Shown here: positions 54,364 through 64,000 of the stretch, piece by piece
Layout: every line of letters starts with the position of its first letter
How positions within the stretch are numbered: position 1 is the stretch's first letter
Assembly: GCF_009914755.1 (NCBI RefSeq)
Contig: NC_060927.1
Direction: 5' to 3' (one strand)
From: the human T2T-CHM13v2.0 reference genome, Homo sapiens
Length of the DNA stretch: 64,000 nt
The notes under the pieces: generated by a model
The model's database searches: none
What the model was told of the DNA's origin: nothing
The model's input: only the letters and a program-made list of their open reading frames with translations
Program-made: the position numbers and the translations under genes

Positions 54364-54624
54364 TCCCTGAAGCCCTTTGTAGATACCCCTTTAACTAATG
54401 TCTCATGGTTTCATTGTCCATGACTGTGTGTCATGCTCATCCCTAAATGCAAAGGAGGCTATGAATATGTGCATGTGCCATTTATAGCCTCCGGAATAAA
54501 AGGTGGGCTTTGCCAGCAAAACACATGAGAGTGGGTATGTCCTGATCTGTGTAAGGTATTGTTATAAACTCCTTGTTAAATTTCTGTGCCCAAGGAAAAG
54601 AGAGGAGAAAGTCACCAAGATGAT

Positions 54625-54810
54625 TTGGATGAGACTGCTGGTTATTCTCTAGCATCCTCTCTTCTCTTCCTCCACACTTACAGAATATTTGGGGCAGCGC
54701 ATGTCTGCCCAAAACAAAGGCTGCAATTCCCAGCCTCCTTCACAGCCAGGTGGGTTTTGTGCCTCAGGTCTGGACAATGAAACTGAGCAGACGTAGTATG
54801 TGTAACTTAG
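54625..54810 (+). mobile_element. LTR33-like (ERVL) fragment
   Basis: TTCCCAGCCTCCTTCACAGCCAGGTG..TCTGGACAATGAAACTGAGCAGA. Confidence 0.6.
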
Positions 54811-55599
54811 CGGGTGAGAGTCAGAAGGCTTTTTGGAACCGCAATAAGAAAAAGGAAAAATAAAGAAATAACAACATTTTATTCTGTTTCTATTTTGTTC
54901 TCAGCCGGGTCTGTTGCTTAGATGGTACTTCATTTTTTATCTTCGTGTCAACCTGTGAGGAAGACATTATCATCTCCATTTTATAGCTTAGGAAACTGAA
55001 GCTCAAATATACATTTGGAGCTGACATTAAAGACAGAGGGAGTCATGTAAGGGAGGCAAGATTATTTCCTTTAGTAACTGTCCTTTTGTTTCAGCGTATT
55101 TCCTTCTCCTCTCCTCTCCTCTCTCACAGGTGTCTTGAGGGTCTTTTCCCCTCCCCCAGCGACTCTCATAGTTGTCAGAGTCATTCAGTTGGTGAGTAAC
55201 TGCAAAGACCAAGTGCCTTAAAGCAAAAGACAGAGGTTTGGGGTGCTTGTTTGCCCAGAGAGGTTTTTCCTCTACCCAAAATAAGATTAGACCCAGTAGA
55301 ATAAAAGGAAGAGGATGAGCAGGGCAACTGTGATGCTTGGGAAGGAAGTGAAAATTTAGTTCTACTGGAGGGTGGATTGGTGAAGTCTTAGCATCTCAAT
55401 GACCAGGGAGCTGGAAGCAAGCTGAATCATGCTCAGTGACACCAACCTGAGGACCCTGCCAGGTATTCTGCACCCCCACTGGCCCACCATTTACACAAAA
55501 CCCACTACCTAACAGTCCTAATACCTTAGGGTGGCAGATGGCCAGAAAGGAAAGGCTCTCCCCTAACCAAAGGGGGCCTGGGGAAGACCAATTGGATAT

Positions 55600-56480
55600 A
55601 TCTCTACGAGCCATGTCATGAAGGTAGCTTAGCACAGGAGTGACATGTGGAGTGTTGAGTTTGGTTTTAAAATAGATATCTAGTAATTGTGCAGAGTAGT
55701 TGAAAACAAAGAGAAACTCTTGTCAGTTCAGGTATGAAGAGACAAACACAAAAGATGGGAAAGAAAAAGGAAGGATAAATTGGTAGGCATTAAAAAGAAA
55801 GACTAGACAAGGCTCAGTGGTTAGCAGCATATGAGAGGAGAAGGAAGAGGAGGAGGAGGGCTGGGAGTATTGGAGTTCTCATGGACCCCAATGAGAAGGG
55901 TGAGTGATGCTATTATAGGCTGAAATAAAGAAGGAGAAAGAATGAGGACTCAGCAGCTAAGGAAAAATAACTTCTGCTTTGGACATAAGGAATTAGAAGC
56001 AATGTCTGAATGCCTATCTGGAAATGCCCACTAAGCACAGAAACAGTACAGGAACTTGGAAAAGATATCAGAGCAGAAGACAGTTCTAAGTCCATTTAGC
56101 AAGCATCTGTTGAGCTATTGGGTAAAAGACTGTGAAGTGTCCTGGATACAAGATTAACAAGATTGTTATTGGCCAGAAGCTCATCTGATCTCAGCTGGTA
56201 GGTTTTCAGTACATGACTGGGCTTTCCCAGGGGTAAAAAAGTGAAAAGAGAGGAGTCAGAGGGCTGAGGTTAGGACCTTTTGGAGGGGAAAATTTATAGG
56301 ATGGAGAGACACTCCAAGTGCTGTAAGGCAATCAAGGAAAAGAAGAGCTGAGTAAAGACCTGCTTTTGCAATGAGGAGGACCTGGATGCCTTTGCTAGTT
56401 CACTTTTGATAATCTGTAGGAGCAGGGAATCGAACGAAGAATATTAGGATTGAAGTTACAGGAAAGATATGGAGCCAGAG
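55600..56480 (-). mobile_element. L2 relic
   Basis: Purine-rich: TTCAGGTATGAAGA, TTTGGACATAAG, CTATCTGGAAATGCCCACTAAGCA, GAGGGCTGAGGTTAGGACCTT. Confidence 0.55.
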
Positions 56481-56528
56481 GCATGGACTTTTCATTGTAG
56501 ACATTGGGAGCTGTGCCCACTATTCCAG

Positions 56529-57179
56529 GAAACTCAGCACAGCTCATTTCTATTCCTGCTGGAGTACAAAACCAAGGAATATTTTAGAAAGGGGAGAGGG
56601 ACCATAGGAGGTACACTGATGATACGGCACAGTCAGCTTGCCTTTTGCCTTAGGACAGGAGAAACCAGTGCCCATCCCTAGACAGAAAGGATGAAGTATT
56701 TACAGAAGGCATATTAATATAAAGGGTCCATGCTCTAGAACAGGAAGAGGATACAGGAGTGATGCAACAGTGGTAGAGGAAACTTTGGAGAAAAAGGAGG
56801 GTACTTCCTTTGAGCCTGGGAGAGAAAGGAAAGATGGGGAAGAACAAGCCATGTTTAGGCATGGAGAGGGGCTAAAAGAGACCTCACAGTTTTACCTGGC
56901 TGAAATCTGATGGATCTTTAGTGCAGCCCCACCAAAGTAAGTGTAGTCAGAACAACAGATGAGAAAAGAACTGCTAAGCAGCCACAGTCAGCTGGAACAC
57001 GATGGGCAAATTCAGCACAATTGTCTCTGAGGAGATACAACCCCAAATCCCACTGGGGCCAACACCATGTATTTCCAGCAGTTGTAAAGGAAGAGCAGTA
57101 TCTACCATCCCAAGGTCATTACAGGGAGAAACTCAGCACAGCTCATTCCTATTCCTCCTGGATTGCAAAACTGAGGGAT
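56529..57179. repeat. Dispersed direct repeat, about 52 bp x 2, 599 bp apart
   Basis: GAAACTCAGCACAGCTCATT(T/C)CTATTCCT(G/C)CTGGA.. at 56529 and 57128. Confidence 0.9.
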
Positions 57180-57424
57180 TATTTATACAGCAAGCAGATG
57201 CCAACCCAAATAAACTGGTCAGTAAAAATAATCACAATTTTACTACATTAAAGTATGTGAAAATAGAGTATACCCGAACAGAAAATCCATAAAAAGAAGA
57301 TACAGATGTGCATACCAAAAGAGCTTCAGCTTCTATACATAAAAACTTAGCTGTGATTGTATAATTCAGCTAAGTCCAATTCCGGGCAAAACCTGAGAAG
57401 TAGGGAGGATTGGGTAGGAGGCTT

Positions 57425-57990
57425 TGCTATCACATAGGGAGCATTTGGTTGCACAAACAAAAAAGCCTAACTAAAGACGACTTAAACAATAAGAAAAATG
57501 AATTTTCTCACACATAAAGAAGTTTTAAAGTTGAGTTTCAAGGTTGGTTAATTTAGCAACTCTACAAAGTTACCAAGAAACAAGAATTTCCCCTTTTACC
57601 GCTCCCCATCCTCATCTTACTGACACGTTCTCTTAAGCCATTTCCTCTCATGGTCTAGAGGGGGCCACCCTAGTTACAGTGGTGAAGTAGTGAAATGCAG
57701 ACAGCAACATCCCAAAACAGGAAAACTGAAGATCCTTTCCTTTTGTGCAACTCTTCTGAAGAGCAAGGAAAACTTTTGCCAGAGCCCCACCCCAGAACAG
57801 ACTTCTGCTCTTTAGCCAGACTGGGTCATATGTCCACCTTTAAATCAATCACCGGTGAGCAGATGAAGTGTCTATTATTGATTTAATCAAGCAACCCCTG
57901 GGAAATGGATAGTGAAAAATAGTAAAGTTCTATTAATAAGGAAGAATGGGGAAATTACTGTTGGCTGGGCAGTCAGCATTGTCTGCCACA
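57425..57990 (-). mobile_element. MLT1J/K-like LTR
   Basis: GACTTAAACAATAAG..CTCTCATGGTC..GCCAGACTGGGTCATATGTCCACC..CAGCATTGTCTGCCACA. Confidence 0.72.
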
Positions 57991-59179
57991 GATTTTGTGT
58001 TAGCAAGTCAGAGAATCATGATAGGATGGTTTACAAATGAGGAGGAGGTTCTAAGCCATCAACCAGGGCAACAAAAGAATTTCAGGGTTTTTGACCTAGT
58101 TACTCAGCTCCAATCCATTTTCACATATCCAAAAAACATGCTCTCCATTTAGACATCTTTAAACAAGTATTTCAGTAGCATCGCCTGGTAGAATAGGATC
58201 AGACAGACCTAGCTACGTATTTTCACCCAATGACACGCACATACATAAGTGACCTTGGCCAAGCCATTCCAAGGTGGCTTACTTTTCTCATAATCTTGTG
58301 TCTGCTGTGAAGATTAATAAACAAAGGATCCCAGTGTGTAATAAGTACTATGAAATACAAGGATTGCGATTATCTTCTAAATTATAATCCAAGAATTATA
58401 AATAGACTGCCCTGATTTATAGTCTAGGCTAATCATTGCTAAAATTATTCTACTGAATTTAGCTCTTGAATATAGCTTGATAAGGGAATCAATCCACTCT
58501 AGCATCATAAGTACAAACCTAAAGGTATTTTTAGCAAAGAACTGCTGAAAGATATATCCAGTTAAAACCATAATAACAGACCAAAATAAGCCCTTGTCAG
58601 CAGACCAGACATTCTACTTTCTGATAAAAGTAAGTTTTTAGGGGAATTTATTGAAATAATTGTAATATTAGCAAAGACATTGCACTTACTTACACATAAT
58701 AAATAAGGACTGTAAATAAGTAGACAGTAACTTCCAAGTTTTTCCCATCTCTCTTCATCTATATATAACTCTCATTCTGAACTTCATAAAGTCCCACTTT
58801 TAATCTCACATCTCATCTCCTAAATGTACTATTTTGGTTGCCCATCTAATAGATTGCCAGACTCTCATTCTGACATCCAATGCCATTAGCATCTGGTCCA
58901 CCTTACTCTTCACCTTTTCCCAGTTCATGTGAGTTCCCCATCCCATCTCTATAACATGCTCCCAATGTGCACATCTTCCCACCTCAACTACTTCCTTCCC
59001 TCCCCTCAGCCTATTCAACCCATTCATATTTTCGTGAAAGAAGAAAGTCAAGACCCCTGCTTCAGGCAGCCATCTGTGAAGATCCAGCTCTCAAGGATCT
59101 ACACAGTTCTCCTCTGCCTCCTACTACACTTAGGTTCCATCCAAGTTCACACGTGGTTATTGTGAGGACAGTCAGGATA

Positions 59180-59430
59180 GAAATGGTGAGGGCTCTTGAG
59201 TCACACAACACCTGAATTCAAATCCTGGATGCACCAGTTACTAGCTCTGTGGCTTTGGAAAAATCCTGTCTAACCTTTTTGATCCTCAGTTTTCTCATCG
59301 TCAAAATGGGTATAATAACATATCTCTCTACCTAGGTCTGTTGCAAATTAAATAAAACAATGTGTGTAAAAAGTTTATGCATAATACATGGGACATTATA
59401 TCAGTAAAGAAGAGTTCAATTATTGTTGGC
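59180..59430 (+). mobile_element. MIR SINE
   Basis: CCTGAATTCAAATCCTGG..TACTAGCTCTGTGGCTTTGG..CCTCAGTTTTCTCATCGTCAAAATGGGTATAATAA. Confidence 0.85.
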
Positions 59431-60656
59431 TGCTATCTGCTACAATTGCATGCTCTCAAATTTCAGTCTTGCCTCACTGGTCCAACTGAAATCTCTATAG
59501 ACAATGACCAGGGTGGACAAGTCCCTTGCCCTTCTCAACTTTCTCCATCAAGTCCTGTTGGGCCCTCACCACCTAGTATGAGGAGGCTTTGCTAGGTTTG
59601 GATCACGACTGAACGTTTGTTCATGCACAAGCTCATGTTCTCACCAATAACCCATTCTAGAATCAGAGACGAGGGGTCTTCCAGGTCCCTAGACCAGGGA
59701 TGTTTTAGATACAGTGTTTCCCTTCTACATTTTTAGAGAGAGTTCCATATACCACTTCTGAGAGAGCAGGACTGCCAACAGGGCAGCATGAGGGTACTGG
59801 CTCTCAGCAGGGAGGGTAGAAAGAATGTTAAGAGATAAGACAGAGAGAAGTTCAGAAAGTTAGAAATAGGTGGTCAGAGCCAAGAGAAGGAGCAAAAGTG
59901 AAGACAGGACACAGAAACCATGAGGGATAAAACCTGAGAAAAGACAGGACACAAAAATGGGCTCCAAAATGAGAGAGAAGTGAAGAGAGACCCCAGGCAC
60001 CAGGCACAGAGCAACCATTCCAGATTGGAGCAGCAGTACTTGAGGACTGCTGAGGACTGCCATTATCATGCCATCTCTTCAACCTGATGAAAATACTGGA
60101 AGATACACTCAACAAAACATGGGAGTAAGATGAGAAAGGGGAAGATGTGAGAAACTGAAATAAGAAAGTCAACCCAAAAGGAAAAAGCTTCCAGAAAGGA
60201 TGTCTCCAAGAAATAGACTGGGATAGTAGATTATCTGATATGACTCACTTTGTAGAAAATTGTGTGACAGGCTATGGGAAAGTGTGAGGAGAATCAGTAA
60301 CAGCTACAAAGCAAATCAAGTAAGTGGAAAATGGGGCAATGTTTAGAAAGTAGGAAAGGAAAATAGTCATAATACATTACAATGCTCAACTGTGAATATT
60401 TGCATAGGTATAATAATGTAAACATTGCTAATTAAACCAAAGAGAAAAACTGTACTAGAACTACATTGGAAGGGTGAAGGAGGGGAAGCAGAGGGGATAG
60501 AAGGATGAGAGATCTAAATGATGTTTGTTTTTTGTACAATTCTGCCAAAAGGTAGCTGTGATCCTGTCAGGAAGCAATGAAATCAGTGAGTGTGATTTAG
60601 ATTATGGAGTTCTGCTACTTACAAAGCTCTTCCCAGTCTGTTATCTAGTTGGAGCT

Positions 60657-61100
60657 TGTGGTGGGCAGCCCTCAAGATGGCCTCCAAAGATCCCTGCTCA
60701 TGGTATCCACATCCTTGTGTAGACCTCTCTCACACTGTACCAGGCTTCTGTCTCAGTACAGGCTTGGTCACTCACAGACCATTTGCACAATGGAAATCAA
60801 GCTGCCTAGTTAAGAGCAATCTTTATGGAAAGGCTCATGTGTTGAGAAACTGAAGCCTCTTGCCAACAGCCACAGGAGTGGCTTGGAATCAGATCCTCCA
60901 GCTAAGTCAAGCCTTCAAATGGCTGCAGCCCTGGAGACATCATGATTTGTTCCCTTGTAAGAGACCTTGAGTCAGAATCTCCCAACTAAACTACTACCTG
61001 ATTCTTGACCCTCAGAAACCATATGACATAATAAATATTTGTTGTTTTAAGTCACTAAGTTTTAGGGTAATTTGGTACATAACAATAGATAACTGATACA
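60657..61100 (+). mobile_element. MLT1F-like MaLR LTR
   Basis: TGTGGTGGGCAGCCCTCAAGATGGCCTCCAAAGATCCC...AATAAATATTTGTTGTTTTAAGTCACTAAGTTTTAGGGTAATTTG..CAATAGATAACTGATACA. Confidence 0.88.
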
Positions 61101-61351
61101 GGGAGTGACAGACCACCAGTGTGGTATTATTATCCCCATTTAGCAGGCAAGAAAATGGAGGCCAAGAGAAGTTGGTAATTTGCCCTGAGTCTCACAGTAA
61201 TTGGCAGACTTAGGTCTTGAACTCCATTTTTATAGTTCTTTCTATAACCATCAGCTCACTCAGCAAATATTTCACTGTCTTATGAGATAAAATGTTACAT
61301 GCTGTTGGTCTTCAGAACATGTTAAAATGGTGCTTGAAAGAAAAAACAGAT

Positions 61352-64000
61352 GGGATTCTGTTCCAAGATGCCAAATAGGAAGAGCTCCGGTCTGCAGCTC
61401 CCAGCGGGATCAACGCAGAAGATGGGTGATTTCTGTATTTCCAACTGAGGTACATGGTTCATCTCACTGGGGCTGGTTGGACAGTGGGTGCAGCCCATGG
61501 AGAGTGAGCTGAAGCAGGGCGGGGCATCGCCTCACCCAGGAAGCATAAGGGGTCAGTGGATTTGCCTTTCCTAGCCAAGGGAAGCCGTGACAGACTGGAC
61601 CTGGAAAAACGGGACACTCCTACCCAAATACTGCACTTTTCCCATGGTCTTAGCAACCAACAGACTAGGAGATTCCTGTGCCTGGCTCAGCAGGTCCCAC
61701 ACCCACTGAGCATTCCTCACTGCTAGTGCAGCAGTCTGAGATCGACCTGCGAGGCTGCAGCCTGGCTAGGGGAGGGGCGTCCACCATTGCTGAGGCTTGA
61801 TTAGCTAAACAAAGCAGCCAGGAAGCTTGAACTGGGCAGAGCCCACTGCAGCTCAGCAAGGCCTACTACCTCTATAGACATCACCTCTGTAGGCAGGGCA
61901 TAGCTGAACAAAAGGCAGCAGAAACTTCTGCAAACTTAAACATCCCTGTCTGACAGCTCTGAAGATAGCAGTGGTTCTCCTAGCGTGGTGTTTGAGCTCT
62001 GAGAATGGAGAGACTGCCTCCTCAAGTGGGTCCCTGACCCCCGTGTAGCCTAACTTGGAAAAACTTCCCAGTAGGGGCCAACAGACACATCATACAGGTG
62101 GGTGCCCCTCTGGGACGAAGCTTCTAGAGGAAGGATCAGACAGCAATATTTCCTGTTCTGCAATATTTGCTGTTCTGCAGCCTCCACTGGTGATACCGAG
62201 GCAAACAGAGTCTGGAGTGGAACTCCAGCAAACTCCAATAGACCTGCAGCTGAGGGACCTGATAGTTAGAAGGAAAATGAACAAACAGAAAGGAATAGCA
62301 TCAACATCAACACAAAGGACATCTACACCAAAACCCCATCTCTAGGTCACCAACAGCAAAGACCAAAGGTAGATAAAACCACAAAGATGGGGAGAAACCA
62401 GAGCAGAAAAGCTGAAAATTCTAAAACCCAGAGCACCTCTTCTCCTCCAAAGGATCACAGTTCCTTGCCAGCAACGGAATAAAGCTGGACAGAGAATAAC
62501 TTTGACAAGTTGACAGAAGTAGGCTTCAGAAGGTCGGTAATAACAAACTTCTCTGATCTAAAGGAGCATGTTCCAACCCATCACAGGAAGCTAAAAACCT
62601 TGAAAAAATGTTAGAAGAATGGCTAACTAGAATAAACAGTGTAGAGCAGACCTTAAATGACCTGATGGAGCTGAAAACCATGGCACTAGAACTTCGTGAT
62701 GCATGCACAAGCTTCAATAGCTGATTTGATCAAGTGGAAGAAAGGGTACCAGTGATTGAAGATCAAATTAATGAAATAAAGTGAGAAGACAAGGTTAGAG
62801 AAAAAGAGTAAAAAGAAATGAACAAAGCCTCCAAGAAATATGGGACTATGGTGAAAAGACCAAATCTACATTTGATTGGTGTACCTGAAAGTGATGGGGA
62901 GAATGGAACCAAGTTGGAAAACACTCTTCAGGATATTATCCAGGAGAACTTCTCCAACCTAGCAAGGCAGGCCAGCATTCAAATTCAGGAAATACAGAGA
63001 ACACCACAAAGATACTTCTTCAGAAGAGCAACCCCAAGACACATAATTATCAGACTCACCAAGGTTGAAATGAAGGAAAAATGTTAAGGACAGCCAGAGA
63101 GAAAGGTTGGGTTACCCACAAAGGGAAGCCTATCAGACTAACAGCAGATCTCTCGGCAGAAACCCTATAAGCCAGAAGAGAGTGGGGGCCAATATTCAAC
63201 ATTCTTAAATAAAAGAATTTTCAACAGGGAATTTCATATCCAGCCAAACTAAGCTTCCTAAGTGAAGGAGAAATAAAATCCTTTACAAACAAGCAAATGC
63301 TGAGAGATTTTGTCACCACCAGGCCTGCTTTATAAAAGCTCCTGGAGGAAGCACTAAACATGGAAAGGAACAACCAGTACCAGCCACTGCAAAAACATGC
63401 CAAATGGTAAAGACCATTGATGATGTGAAGAAACTGCATCAATTAATGGGCAAAATAACCAGCTAACATCATAATGACAGGATCAAATTCACACATAACA
63501 ATATTAACCTTAAATGTATATGGGCTAAATGCCCCAATTAAAAGACACAGACTGGCAAATTGGATAGAGTCAAGACCCATCAGTATGCTGTATTCGGGAG
63601 ACCCATCTCACATGCAGAGACATACATAGGCTCAAAATAAAGGGATGGAGGAAGATCTACCAAGCAAATGGAAAGCAAAAAAAAAGCAGGGGTTGCAATC
63701 CTAGTCTCTGATAAAACAGACTTTAAACCAACAAAGATCAAAACCGACAAAGAAGGCCATTACATAATGATAAAGGGATCAATTCAACAAGAAGAGCTAA
63801 CTATTCTAAATATATATACACCCAATACAGGAGAACCCAGATTCATAAAGCAAGTCCTTAGAGACCTACAAAGAGACTTAGACTCCCACACAATAATAAT
63901 GGGAGACTTTAACACCCTACTGTCAATATTAGACAGATCAACAAGACAGAAGGTTAACAAGGATATCCAGGACTTGAACTCAGCTCTGCATCAAGCAGAA
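61352..64000 (+). mobile_element. L1PA7-like LINE-1, 5' UTR + disrupted ORF1 (62387-63410) + start of disrupted ORF2 (from 63474); continues beyond the window
   Basis: 5' end TTCCAAGATGCCAAATAGGAAGAGCTCCGGTCTGCAGCTCCCAGC; ORF1 MGRNQSRKAENSK..VKRPNLHLIGVPESDGENGTKLENTLQDIIQENF; ORF2 MTGSNSHITILTLNV; stops and frameshifts in both. Confidence 0.96.

Noticed and set aside
57344-57374. Hairpin ACTTAGCTG..CAGCTAAGT
   Set aside because: 9-bp arms with a 13-nt loop are expected by chance in 64 kb.

Overview
Primate (most likely human or great-ape) non-coding genomic DNA, dominated by interspersed repeats. No intact protein-coding gene, tRNA, rRNA or CRISPR array is visible. The listed ORFs are fragments of L1, Alu, LTR12 or THE1, or are chance frames. 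The only gene-derived sequence is a decayed processed NPM1 pseudogene (about 34334-35203), which has a complete 5' end, is 3'-truncated, and is interrupted by a small L1. Large elements are: a near full-length L1PB-like LINE (-), a twin-primed inverted L1PA, the 5' half of an L1PA7-like LINE running off the right edge, a complete THE1C provirus, a solo LTR12, a Tigger3/Golem, and several Alus. Older MIR, L2, L3, MLT1, LTR16 and LTR33 relics are also present. I found no convincing new biological system. The most interesting signals are a homeodomain/SOX-motif-dense non-repeat block (candidate enhancer) next to opposed G-quadruplex motifs, a candidate CTCF site with its upstream module, a cryptic CR1/L3 element split by younger insertions, and several DNA-repair or retrotransposition scars. 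Repeat subfamily names come from remembered consensus sequences, not a database search, and boundaries of old elements are approximate.
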